Part shown: positions 35,001-41,414 of the stretch, piece after piece | How the letters are laid out: each line of letters starts with the position of its first letter | How positions within the stretch are numbered: position 1 is the first letter of the stretch | Origin: Naegleria gruberi | Lineage: Eukaryota | Reading direction: 5' to 3' (one strand) | DNA: 64,000 nucleotides | NCBI GenBank assembly: GCA_000004985.1 | Contig: GG738896.1 | Translations under genes and position numbers: made by a program | Notes under the pieces: model-generated | Seen by the model: only the letters and a program-made list of their open reading frames with translations | The model's database searches: none | Told to the model about the DNA's origin: nothing

Positions 35001-36013
35001 AAACAAGTGCTGATATTTTCTTGTGTAAGGATCAAGCGGATGGTTCAAAGAACTTGGAACAAGCTCCACACATTACTTGTTTTGAAGGTACATGGTGGGT
35101 AATGTTCCCATTCTCAGTAATTTACTTTATCTTGTTTGGATTGGGAGCAGCTGCATTCTTCCTCTACTCTGCTATCAGATATAGAAAAGTCAAACTTACA
35201 GAAGAACATGCTTTCATTCAGAGATTCAAATTCCTATTTGTCAAATTCAAGCCAAGATATTTCTATTATGAAAGTGTTATTACCATTAGAAAGTTGGTCT
35301 TTTCAGTTCTCTACGTCTTTTTAGCTCCACTTCAAGTAATTGCTTTAGGATTTGTTTTGATTTTCCTTTCATTTGTCATTCACTTACAATTAGTTCCATA
35401 TTCAAAGAAGATGCACAACCTCATTGAATATGTAACCCTAGTTGCCACCCTCCTGACATTATTTACTGGTTTAATTTTCTTCTACGATGTTGAATCCTTG
35501 GTCGGTTTATTGTGGATTAGAACTCTTGCGCTTGTATTGACAATAATCATTTTCGTTCTCACTGCAGCTGTTCTCGTATTGGCTGTCTTGTGGGATATCA
35601 GAACTAGAAAGAGAAAAGAAGCCAAAAAGATTAAGGAAAAATTGGAAGAAATTAAAAATTCCATCAGTAATGGAACTACAGACAAGTCTGATGATAAGGT
35701 GAAGGAAACAATTGTCTTTGGTTTGGACATTGATGAATTTGATGATGATCCAGCTGGAGATAGCTCTCTCAATAGCAAACATGAAACCATTAATGATGTC
35801 TTCTCCAATCTATTCTCCCTCGAAAGAAGAAAGAAGAAAACAGACAAGATTAAACAAAAGGGAGCCAAGATCAAGTCAAAGATTACCAACAAGACCAAAT
35901 CAACATCAGAAAAGACAAATGGTGATGATAGTTTCGATTATTCTGATCAAACTCTATCCACCAACACTACCTCTGGTGACACTAAACAAACTTCCTCACA
36001 ACTTTTCCAATAA
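20015..36013 (+). CDS. giant (>5,300 aa) multi-pass membrane receptor: RCC1-like propeller, EGF-like modules, huge N/S/T-rich ectodomain, ephrin-receptor-like Cys-rich module, about 7-8 TM helices and a charged cytoplasmic tail
   Basis: Single uninterrupted reading frame of about 16 kb. The 'M' at 20135 in the ORF track is a TTG, and the frame is open back to 20015. N-terminal RCC1 blades (GRNDVNQLGLG, GWGDNTFGQLC, GDNRFGQLGQ). EGF-like patterns (CSCDEKHYGYSCH, CICDKGFRGIDCNSYLCD). C-terminal CKPCKIGYSKNFTGGPCVACDRGYYASQPGSLECTKCP (ephrin-receptor-like / GCC2_GCC3 pattern) at about 33.9-34.3 kb. Hydrophobic helices follow from about 34.36 to 35.6 kb, then a K/E/S-rich tail. Confidence 0.85.
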   Translation, partial: KSFKNPVSYPTPGWQLLYFQGFNCPKNGVPEGISDRSYGQLRVGYNHIIAFQVKSNNGTQKLNIVGKGDNTVGQLAIDRYISGGVRYFANITFEINWGEMVRLVQIEDLITSRTIANNQDVAKLQTYDAWDSNLYFDNIKGHYFPDNIIIQDINTCYLNTFIILKNQEIYGTGSNIYKSLSLSNENSKSNSPIRLTILENFLKSQSDWIDQLYCGYSSVFIKTKANRIIVFGRNDVNQLGLGSEFRANSITPTIHPFLTYYSQNIANLDTISFGLNFTLISFKDGSVYCAGLNNHHQCGLGINEYTISNFVQVPIPEKITKISTTAYASFFGIETGEILSSGWNLGFILGQNITDENYVSSTPVKIENLISPNDYQLSKGFQLFHITYQNATSTMAWGSNQFYSSGILYQGTGTAAYPTILALGNVERAVLESIANPSECILVGGHAAANGCSNSLLQRINLKTGFNTTFGEFRSYCSNFGTFNYSTEVCSCDEKHYGYSCHLIKPEFLGNCNQSSLENFAIAPNTCYCGGEGFYGTSCENKAPPRSVYSFTRSLNIQKFTLKNKMFDFGYLISGQSHTFLKSQLNNNRVYVFGNGLNTNDKYGIGLASNNMISDTIQISTLFERLSKKLTSSIRNIYPMKIQSVALFSNGDIYKTLNNSDFEIIASNVKYLTCSDITCFFITNDKNVYGIFDNQYNQLGLTDFATRQKVYESQPVLVSLLNNNYHKEIVNIYPSNYFTLFVNQFGNLFGIGKNTEYQLGIGHNLNIDKFIIPLIIEKPVSHVIVTESITYFKELNSVWKTMGKDILNIAPISQYLIYPTVITSLQEQENIYRAKGDIIITQTTTKFRQLTLNQDLSYGQEKIIDVNIMGDDIILVTIPSNFNSILCYNGYLDITGTSCICDKGFRGIDCNSYLCDRVTCNSCIGPNICSKNQSTTTNELRLFSKNYGMIQSKFNVKHHTIGDNFAIFIDYDGETKFIGDNFYGELGMGGYSSISISTSNLQLLTNNILLLPIYLANENVKSITSGNNFIIVLTESGNLFSVGDNRFGQLGQNDTISRYFLTKIESTITFTSVTCNSFHCIALGSNNKYYGWGDNTFGQLCLDSTTKKVVYTPSQIIFDVIIDVVSTSIMSIGQNSSIFYSNSGDVIACGKITVPSNYADKSVRQRVLPNFNIDLQAMEQIPRKFYTDLCLKNSNEEYYCLGENKFGTLGFGHALPLYGIFLSKHFGVDGGLFFHTHTNKINFYYSKNKILNYFGNGDLLNDINNMNPARQTNVFQSIGKFSFITSNEKFGYIITNTSNCFNRGYFSNGICTCNNIKYLGDECQTNTNIPQGTTSQFQIIDTLGNNFNFTNKFGSMSKIETFGNLPFGFNNTRNNLRVVSTFNLALNQSTSQLALIFAIDNYANLNVDIQFPNSGKISKLQTRLEEGSDYIYHTITTDNIDTNAIIQVTYTTNNSVILDSDMKNQFLKVYTRNEKNNIIPIGLKSSSELLSEVLARLNFLFSINGPHTAEISSIEEFPCDLDGNNNVIGLRLDGNFFNYTFYPILKDESFRTLKNFYSSKISSIRYPIHETFNFAESDISLINLSNNNNLEQSAGYYDLSPVKRTNILINVSKSKICDIPFADLFINPSKYNFTNTNMYCMKPIFDNSWCKPLSFRESTLYLTQFFVSTKLSIPLALCDSCSILNCFDFLTQNTSRLSYYFVYPDNNKIISNNFNIFETRKDVNVDLLFNEFNENNFLNFDYINMGIIYKYDSPIGIQELKGTIKLQYLKYLQSFNFTPIVLARNSDNIVTIKSENMKDFIKYNQVYCKTRISEEIITLDDNDKSTSYCNIRTGIEYNQNITVQLMAYPISGNNPFKIGEFNVYVLNITLIPNIINKYSTKYPQLIFINSDFTTGSFLSNSKLEFMENGETVYKIDQLKISYFNTLSITADIYKQNLDMYLDNVNLGYFTSQIVYKQVNLEKIIPSLSFNTEEMPTIYLDREIYSNIHSNIQYRCLDTLTNTSYSAQYLNSRIICNINNLPTNNVKLLDLIVQIRIYSFNDNEWFTYSSNSVKFYHLISNMNISLAEGSQTFSKCHYLSSSTTGFTPRIKLNEIVLPESETYRFSICHYNRLNEIVTYRSNYYRDNLFEASGFTLYLKSGYSNIYLCADSMIVSKPVVVFVINQTDYDSKPIFGFIGSDIWSGYIFHHQPLYSDSLFNLTYSCALFGDVQNYTVYSTDLITNKIDNYYVTRCIFTGLNNIIKQEAGFYFSLLAKRGSETVQLPATFINFIYGPKPTNYSTPFISHIPYSGYISTTLLTQDQDRDLFVSKNQNGFFRLTLPIDCLLFKVGGTYPIASAPLDTTSSTLKCDLTKYTVTSSEPFEISLGSLVTEYSYFVEFTSRTVHFTYLNKIEFNFEGYPILETGKSILLNYYTNKLPQYKQTQLNVTMSALGQYPIIKSCDFELTGSCIVDYNLTIPITPVLQTYILQFSFIINEFLLKQTLNIENTLFNNRFNVMYYSPFLFDFKTDSSIYNFKLQIDNGLNPDFNFDLDTDGIRRSIFYGLNNDSITEVTCSRISNYSTSIASNLETRIVSTFKGITFSVDKKPSTIYLRELYTTPNIVSQSIQKTINITLTTDIAIQKPLKKYYISLLDNKYECSIESTSLICPVLITYIGNPFYKEVLKILDGDNVVTRIGLPFILFKPISIREVKPTLLLQDNNSVNTTVLMEQTVFEDLGTEFIFSCSIEDGNFSAIVGDSNSVRCNFNNLNTGRKSVKIYLSSNNQYRSIKELLLTDINPAKDFEVIKNPTIALDNSIEQKTLFYTSETFSLTTLNILVTNTEFTLNNILYNISTEIGFYGKNSFVESTTYLGKFDTSYKFQVSFYASNNYEGFVPLRLTKVLSGTTKESRALTSDDYILTKISDLVLTCVTKVTLSKSVPAFGVESNLPRLVQLYSNFNFLKFIPDSNLLQDGKVNFKCVYEYLPKSNKAISSTTRIYNNEAFECNMTTPDVGQVQIDLYVEKDGHSLSLNINSWNYIIYDGLFLQPSYGLRTIENSRLVNPFKIQKYSDLSGINLNQFTKFNGKITEPDVSFTCEKELSSDGIYPLLNCTIPVLPSTNIMSFKQYELRLYTNPSMQLISNFSLGWLPTSSLYISNINPKIIQKSTSKTDMKTIYVDISGDSNVISRTLPEGNFAIYTRSAGVALLQSARPPYVAQPASIAIQTSNFEETVTLQYVNYNLLTPVIDIPKPDLVDFMKLTVNDVELNSIQYSSDSIKGSKASGATIFFTVSKNTATLFMLNNGGYNGSIKCVQDPITSNSATFVSESTDTLKFKCVLAKTSSITNSFILSKVEIYYNNPMAENGNMKVSSSALDFIWLPSTLPIEQPVPFAFISRVGSFDISLSDKKVFISSDNFVCYLADSTSTNVVKIKAIYNPSGTLTCPFSFSYSISTVFKISIYFSNGPSDVLLTTTRDVTFINAPLEISYIDPFITYHLPALTGSTTDINYKVSKLSFIPQGLSCTFREVTSTIPSIGQVRKITQAQIQDGLFVCPFLIDQTFSSYNLLTKLVIDLGSNLLDISSNELELILYKKKLTWNINSYLTASNLNTRYELRNYEIPHSSSYSLQQSVVATPYLRSQKIQNLKTTTLDCIGADPASCTFVGIEPMVNKIPSYMTTAIEFINVENQRKSYIIANDLTLFLKKSSFNVSHISPYIADYRQSHASNQNFLFTSASLNAEDFDITCQFDNKKTNMTRNQFCVVKPPTLPNGYPKTGIQNVTLTWNGIDLYSRSYPIDFIEAYQVNNLITFYSYRSNITLIDNPYVPLPFSGDFSGYTFSIGLFEKNRLIGEATCKQLFANNAQLECVKGPFSYSTSYPVTSIVKLLINAQSAFQMKGEIVLYSAPTIQSLSTNYFRINQIYTMEVYGSVFYQKDTPTLEIYSNTTFNSYPTMVVDSNTIRIQNIGFNDLQETLRKSRLKFSSGAYLDLPDISIYKGVKEDFSLQSINSEAYDNGVITATTTRSISIDLKLISNTFQNKPQSCLVKYEDGVLSIVQTCSVTYESGSVTPVVHITTPLMWYYDIVFPRIISYSFSLDGGAFYYTHANFKIKMVDDSENFIIRTIYDQNIVTFSNVPYSILSGVSLSFIKIGTNGTNLQELVFTKSCKASYCNLDYGHIIFENLRPFEYFEFDRIRINKGASSKIFAISKNLLIFNPNNTLSSIPSVSISHSKVQLGAKTSVTIILPASFSSDLSKISTVTVIFKADGSTSTPSTISKGWTSKYSFIIEMDSLPPWDLQIAAIAFQNININVIASPTITLIPSFDFSIINQYQKAKASTRSQTNLRVTFNSAITTQQGIIPSMKISNSNTNLFKSYTTNIQIDGNTRTTNAVQFTELTVTAPAASSILTVDKSLVRFPTKFSIGFAFLENQYVMKEILTYDDSIADPPIIVSVNPQEVPLIDQPVTLDIKASSIDSQSTQCIFRASKASSVNNTIIVNANFIDQYSIGCTFVPSQIVTELGISSTLEMDMTLRSNLDESKEVINIPIYRQLNIDSFTPKQGITTGEFETTFIGSFPIHPREEYFLTQGRMKFRAKFGIRESTDCSRISSTTVKCKGVSNPISEVDISLSRNSVDFVKASEKFVYYGCGPGYEQSSFNELCKPCKIGYSKNFTGGPCVACDRGYYASQPGSLECTKCPSLQTTLDTGSTSIDYCGCPSQTYYYNIYKNSCVTCPKGADCPSFNTTYPIAKTGYWHSNATGYSPYNFYECIPSTSCNAGLFGNCTDGYTGFVCGLCEDGFYRSSRSCSRCSNLAPLYLTLLIGGVAVIALIFFFFSSIKVHHISSLSIALFFFQVNSMWTKFDLNLPEEISGLFTASSASTFNFDFIQFQCVFPIGFVPQWILKMLIPVMLLILFVVLYLMGELRNIIAKFAGPKIPWKKWDITDLYNEFIKRQEIESDPKLTKMQKLKHSLTGIMFSARTAIYKSQHKIIWTLTTYLPRSEMKKFLNNCIHSFITFLSLAYMYIIQTSADIFLCKDQADGSKNLEQAPHITCFEGTWWVMFPFSVIYFILFGLGAAAFFLYSAIRYRKVKLTEEHAFIQRFKFLFVKFKPRYFYYESVITIRKLVFSVLYVFLAPLQVIALGFVLIFLSFVIHLQLVPYSKKMHNLIEYVTLVATLLTLFTGLIFFYDVESLVGLLWIRTLALVLTIIIFVLTAAVLVLAVLWDIRTRKRKEAKKIKEKLEEIKNSISNGTTDKSDDKVKETIVFGLDIDEFDDDPAGDSSLNSKHETINDVFSNLFSLERRKKKTDKIKQKGAKIKSKITNKTKSTSEKTNGDDSFDYSDQTLSTNTTSGDTKQTSSQLFQ

Positions 36014-36091
36014 ATTTAATTTCTTTCTCATCAAACTCTTTTAAATCTTTTTGTAAAGTTCAAATTTAGAGAGATACAGAATTGGAGACCT

Positions 36092-37693
36092 ATGAACTTT
36101 GAAAAAAAAATGTTTGACTTGTTTCGCTCCAAAAAGAAGGATGAACATGAAGAGAAATCCCTCTCCTTTCTCGTAATACCACATGGCAAGATTCATAATG
36201 ACTCATTCAAAATGTTGCCTATTGATATTGTGCTGGAAATTTTGGATTATATTTGTGGGGACGAGCAATTGATGATGAGCTTGACGAATTGTCATGATCA
36301 GGCGTTGAATAAGCAGATTCCTAGGGAGACTCCATTCAGAGAGAGGAAATGGACGCCTCCTGCATGGGATGTCAATTCCGATTTTAATGAATTAAAATTT
36401 GATGAGAAAAAGTTTTTCAAACAATACTTTGGAAAGTTCCCGAATAGAGATTCTAGTTGTCCAAGGCTGCTATTTAGAAAATTAGATTTGGGAGTGGATA
36501 GGTATTCTCCAAAAGAATTGTGTAGACTAATTCAAATTGTAAATTATGGAAATAAGCCAATTGTGATTGAGAAAACTTTAGCTCGTCAAATATTGCAGTG
36601 TATAAGAAGATTTGGACAAGTAAACGAGGATAAAGAAAAGGATATTGAAAAGAAAATGTTTAAATATTTGAGATATGTATTAAGGAATGGTCTGTGTGAG
36701 AGAGTTATTGGATTGGATATTGCTGGTATTGAAACATTTCCTTCTTTAATTAATGAGTTAGTACTAATGTGTCCGAATATAGAACATGTTAATCTTGGTT
36801 CGTATAACCAGAAGGAAAATTACCATGCAAAGCAAATTCTGATGAAAGATGTCAATGAGTCCATGATGATCTTGAAATTGTTAAAATCCTTTAGATGGAC
36901 TGGACATCATTTTGGTGAAGGTTTTATTGATGAGTTATCGAAACATACACCTCTATTGGAGAAGCTGGTTTTAAAATGTGAAACATCTGTTATATGTTGT
37001 CACGAAGCCATCCTAAATTGGAAGAATCTCAAACTAATTGTTTCAAAAATTAGTCCACATATTTATTCAAGAAATAATGGAACAGCAGAAGATCTATACA
37101 AGTTTTTCAAGAATATAAGTCAATTAGACAAGTTGGAAAAACTTGTTTTGAATGAAAACAATATTAAGGAAGGAAATATTCAATCATTACCTCATTCTCT
37201 GACATGTTTAGATTTGAGTAATACCCAGATTCCAGACAACTTTCTTCAAATTGTCGCATCCTTGCCCCAATTAAAGTCTCTGGGATTGAACTGTTATTAT
37301 GGAGGAAGGGATTCTTTGAAGCATCTCGTTGGATTGAAACACACTCTCGAAGAATTACACATAACCCAAAGTAGTAGTTGTGGAGATGAAGGTGTGATGT
37401 ATATTTCGCAAATCGAATCTCTAAAGAGACTATTTCTAATGAACCTAAGCCAAGATCAAATCAATGACACTGGAGGTTATGAGCTAGCCAAATTGAAAAA
37501 TTTGGAAATTGTTGGTCTTGAATATTGTTACATTTCACACAAAACAGTTAACAGTATTGCAGCAAGTTGTCCTAACATTAAGAAAATCCACATTGATGGA
37601 TGCCACAACATTAAGAAACACAAATTATCAAAGCAAGCCTTCTCTTTAATAGATGATGCATCTTATGCTGTTAGAATTTCAGAAGATCTATAA
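36092..37693 (+). CDS. F-box-like / leucine-rich-repeat protein
   Basis: 533-aa ORF with an F-box-like motif (LPIDIVLEILDYICGDEQL) and LRRs (LTCLDLSNTQIPDNFLQIVASLPQLKSLGL, LKNLEIVGLEYCYISH). Confidence 0.55.
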   Translation: MNFEKKMFDLFRSKKKDEHEEKSLSFLVIPHGKIHNDSFKMLPIDIVLEILDYICGDEQLMMSLTNCHDQALNKQIPRETPFRERKWTPPAWDVNSDFNELKFDEKKFFKQYFGKFPNRDSSCPRLLFRKLDLGVDRYSPKELCRLIQIVNYGNKPIVIEKTLARQILQCIRRFGQVNEDKEKDIEKKMFKYLRYVLRNGLCERVIGLDIAGIETFPSLINELVLMCPNIEHVNLGSYNQKENYHAKQILMKDVNESMMILKLLKSFRWTGHHFGEGFIDELSKHTPLLEKLVLKCETSVICCHEAILNWKNLKLIVSKISPHIYSRNNGTAEDLYKFFKNISQLDKLEKLVLNENNIKEGNIQSLPHSLTCLDLSNTQIPDNFLQIVASLPQLKSLGLNCYYGGRDSLKHLVGLKHTLEELHITQSSSCGDEGVMYISQIESLKRLFLMNLSQDQINDTGGYELAKLKNLEIVGLEYCYISHKTVNSIAASCPNIKKIHIDGCHNIKKHKLSKQAFSLIDDASYAVRISEDL

Positions 37694-37784
37694 AATTAAA
37701 CATTGAGAAGACTAACACCTTATTTAATGGATTAAATTACAAGTTTATATACAGTTAGATTTACATGGTTTTCAATTCAGTAAT

Positions 37785-39044
37785 TTAGTGAATCAAATCA
37801 ACAATGACTCTTTGAAGATCACCATTATACTTATTCAACAAAATTAAATTGGAAACTTCATCAACAAATCCCATGTCTCTCAACAATGCGAGCTCAGTTT
37901 GGTAAAGTGTTGGTTGTGGTTGAACAATTGGTTCTTGGACTACAACAACTGGTTCTTCAACAATTGGTTGTTGAATTGGGTTCAATGGATGAGGAACTTG
38001 GTAAACATTCACTGGTTCAGGAACAATAACAGGTTCTTCTACAACAACAGGTTCTTCGACAGGTTCTTCAACAACAACTGGTTGTTCTTCATATAATTGG
38101 TTATCAATAACAGTTTCTTCTTCCTTCTTTTCAGCACCAAAGATATTTCTCAAGAAACAAGCTGATCTAGGTTGTTGTTCAGTGAATGAGTGAGAACCAC
38201 CAAAGTGAGCATTTCTAACAGTTTCAGATGCAAAACAATCTTCACAAAAGTCAAAATCATCACAGTCATCACACTTGAATCTCTTTCCAACAAAAGCATA
38301 CTTTCCACAACCATCACAAGTGACACCAAAGTGTGGGACTTGAACCTTGTCAATATTTTCTCTGACAAAATCATTAACGTTCAATCCATTCTTCAATTGT
38401 TCAACATCAATATCAACTTCAAGAACATTATCACCGTCCATAGTCTTTTTGAACATGAATGGACAATGTGGATGATTTTCTGGAAGAGGATGGTGTCTTG
38501 GTCTTCTAAATGGACAACCACCTTGTCTTCTACCTTTCCAATATGGACATTCACGTTTTTCTTCTTCTGGTTGCCTTGGTTTTTCTTCTTCCTTCTTCAA
38601 CAAGATGACAGCAATTCTAAAAACTGATCTAATAGCACTTGTTCTACTTTCTCTACAAAGTTGAATACCATAAGCAAGTTCTTCATCACTAGAAATATCA
38701 ACCCAGTGATTTTCATCGTCTTGATAACGAATTAAAGCATTTTCGAGAGTTAAACCACACTTTTCAGTCAAATATCTAGTCAAGTCAGCATAATTTGTCA
38801 ATACTCTTTCACCTCTACGAATAGAAGTTGGCTTTAAAGTTTCCAAAGCAGAGAGATCTTCCTTCTTGGTTTCAAACACTAAAACCTTAACGTGAATAGG
38901 CTTTGGTTGTTGTTGTGCTGGTTGGAAAATATTGTGGAGGTTTGGAAGTTGTTGTTGATGTTGTGGCATTGGTACTTGTTGGCCGTTAGTATTATTGTTA
39001 GCAAGGATTGGATGGTAGATTAAATGTGATGATGGAAAGGACAT
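37785..39044 (-). CDS. p62/SQSTM1-NBR1-like selective-autophagy-receptor-type protein (PB1-like, ZZ zinc finger, UBA)
   Basis: ZZ finger CDGCGKYAFVGKRFKCDDCDDFDFCEDCFASETVRNAHFGGSH. C-terminal UBA (LALLRDMGFVDEVSNLILLNKYNGDLQRVIVDL). N-terminal PB1-like beta-grasp (IHVKVLVFETKK...). Pro/Glu/Val-rich spacer. Confidence 0.55.
   Translation of the reverse strand: MSFPSSHLIYHPILANNNTNGQQVPMPQHQQQLPNLHNIFQPAQQQPKPIHVKVLVFETKKEDLSALETLKPTSIRRGERVLTNYADLTRYLTEKCGLTLENALIRYQDDENHWVDISSDEELAYGIQLCRESRTSAIRSVFRIAVILLKKEEEKPRQPEEEKRECPYWKGRRQGGCPFRRPRHHPLPENHPHCPFMFKKTMDGDNVLEVDIDVEQLKNGLNVNDFVRENIDKVQVPHFGVTCDGCGKYAFVGKRFKCDDCDDFDFCEDCFASETVRNAHFGGSHSFTEQQPRSACFLRNIFGAEKKEEETVIDNQLYEEQPVVVEEPVEEPVVVEEPVIVPEPVNVYQVPHPLNPIQQPIVEEPVVVVQEPIVQPQPTLYQTELALLRDMGFVDEVSNLILLNKYNGDLQRVIVDLIH
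37899..38100. repeat. imperfect 12-nt tandem repeats (AACAGGTTCTTC-like) encoding (E)EPVV units of the p62-like protein
   Basis: Repeated ggttcttc(a/g)acaacaa units are visible. They translate on the minus strand to EEPVVVEEPVEEPVVVEEPVIVPEPV. Confidence 0.6.
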
Positions 39045-39292
39045 ATTTTTTCTTTGATGGCAATAGAAGTTCTAACTTGTTGGTTATTTATAGTTTTTTA
39101 AGAGGTTTCTCAGTGGTAACGTGAAGAAGGAATTGAAAATACAAATAACCTTGCAAAACTTCCGAAAACATGTTTCAATGTAATTACAATGTAGTTCATC
39201 CTGGTTACAGAGTTTGCTTGAATGTTGTACAACAAGGAATATTGATCTATTAATGTATTTTCATAAATATAAATAAGATTAAGAGAGTAATA

Positions 39293-41309
39293 TTACTTGG
39301 CTGATCTTTTAAGTTCTTCCTCTTCAATTTCTTTGAGCCATTGATTCATATGCTTTCTATTTCTCAAAAACCAGAAGGTGTACGATAGAGCAGCAATACC
39401 AACACAACATAAACTTCCACAAGCTAGGAAAACAAATCTGGATGGTGTAGAGAAGAAGAGAGCAGAGAAAAAGACAATAAGGTCAGCAATTTTGGTTAAG
39501 GAACCTTCTGTTGAGTTGACAATACCAGAATCTTTCTGATCTACCAATTGTTGCATAATTTGAATTTCCGCAAGGTCAAAGGCATATAAACCCAATCTAC
39601 TCATGATAATTCCAATAAGGAAGAAGTAAACAGCAAAGTAGAATTGCTCAGACCAGAAATTGAAAACAATAAAGCACAAAACTCCTGCCACTAGAGAGAA
39701 GAATTGGAAGTAAAGGGAAACAAGTCCTCCTCTAAAAACGTTAATTCTCATAATCAAGTAAGGTGCTATAAAGGTTGACAAGAGACCAGAGATGGCACTC
39801 AATGCTTGGAAAGTTCCCAAAACAGCAGAGTGAATTTTGTGACTCTTAAGGTAAGAAAGGAGCAATCCACTATGAGTAAGTACAGTAATAAATAAAAAGA
39901 CAAATGCCAAACTTGAGAGAAATACTTTTTGGGTGAGATATGATTTCCATCCCATAAACAGAATCTAATCAAAATGGAAGTAGATTATTATTGTAAAGTT
40001 ATTAATTCTAGTACGTACCTTGAAAACGTTTTGATGTTTCAAATTAACTGTTTCCTCCTTTTGTTCCAAATCAATTTGTTGCATTCCCTCATTGGCTGCC
40101 AATAATTCTCTTTCACGCTCTTCTTTGATTTTCAATTCTTGCTCCAATTTTGTAATGTGAAGTTCTTTCGTATTATTGTAAACATAGCGAATGCAAATAT
40201 ACTCTGGAACAAGAGAAAACACATTCCATAAACAAACTACAATGGCTCCAATCTTGTATCCTGCAAAAGTAAGAATGAGACCAAATAAAACAGGTGATAC
40301 AATGAGTGAAACCATGTCGAGACGTCTCATCATTGAGTTGATTCTTTCTAATGGAAGTTTTTCGCCTCTGGCAACCACCAAGCACCAATCTTTAGTTCTG
40401 GCCACACTTGTAACCATAGAGGATAAGTCACTTAAAGAACCAATAAGAGCACATGAAAAGAAAAGTACCATTGAAAGAACTGTTTCGAATGGCCAAATAA
40501 ATAGAGCATCTGTTTCAGTTTGAGGTTTTGAATCCTCAGATCTCCATCCAAAATATCCAAGTAAGAAAATTAAAAGAGTAGTTAATGCTACAGAGGCATT
40601 TTGTACAATAAGAGCAATTGACATGACCTTAAATCTTGGCATTGTATCAACCATGTAACCCATATGTGGCCCAAGTATTATTCCAATAAGTTTTTGTATA
40701 AATCCCATAAGTGCCATAGGTAATAATGTTTCTGGGAACATGTCACCAAATATTACAGGTAAAGCAAAAGCCCACATTCTATCACCCTTTCGTATTATTT
40801 CACAATTAATAAAATTAATTTCACACTCTTTCACTTACCCAAGATGCCAAAAAGTGACTTGCATAAAAGACATTTAACTTTCTAGATTTAAATTGAAATT
40901 CATCCTTGAAATACTTTTTAATTTTCTCAATGGTTGATTTCGGAGCAGCATCTTGTTCTGCACTCTTTTCAAATTCCAACATTTCATCGAGTTGAGTTTT
41001 TTCCTGTCCATGAACAATGATTTCATCCTCTGTATGTTCTTCCTCTATATCATCATGTAGAGAGAACATTTGAACGTTTTGTGGTTCGTAACTAATTGTC
41101 TCCTCCGTAGGAACAACAGTAACTTGTCGATTGACATCTGTTGTTTGCTGTTCAGCGATTTGATGATCATCAGCATTAACAAAATCAACAACAGCTACTC
41201 GTGGTTCATTATCAATCACCTGTGGATTATCATTCATACTCGAGTAGTCACCATCATCCTCCAAAGCAAAATGTTGCCTTAAGTTTGCTGGCTCTTCTTC
41301 GTTAAACAT
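39293..41309 (-). CDS. FPN: ferroportin (SLC40A1-family iron exporter); complement(join(39293..39964,40019..40788,40841..41309))
   Basis: Spliced product ...SHFLASW|GDRMWAFALPVIFGDMFPETLL...VARGEKLPLERINSMMRRLDMVSLIVSPVLFGLIL...ILFMGWKSYL... matches ferroportin hallmark segments (GDRMW.FA, VVAGE..L..MN..IRRID). Introns 40789..40840 (GTAAGT..AAAG) and 39965..40018 (GTACGT..TTAG). Exon phases are consistent. Confidence 0.85.
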
Positions 41310-41414
41310 TTTTTTCTTCCTTTTAATATTACTAAGCCCCTTCCAAAATACCAGAATATCAGAGCTATAATGTTGCACAAAAGGAATATTCAATACCGTA
41401 TTATTTCTAGGTGA

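Noticed and set aside
24421-35898. Antisense or small sense-frame ORFs inside the giant gene (e.g. 24421..24627, 31632..31856, 34131..34379, 35482..35898)
   Set aside because: They are embedded in a continuous 16-kb coding frame with consistent domain logic. They are short chance ORFs.
20015-36013. Giant ORF as a collapsed tandem-repeat array or mis-assembly
   Set aside because: No long exact DNA repeats were evident on reading. A 16-kb stop-free frame in roughly 70% AT DNA cannot arise by chance. Distinct, ordered domains (propeller, EGF, Cys-rich module, TM bundle) argue for a genuine gene.
37899-38627. Plus-strand ORFs 37899..38096 (W/N/F-rich) and 38190..38627
   Set aside because: They are antisense translations of the p62-like gene's EEPVV repeat region and ZZ-finger region.
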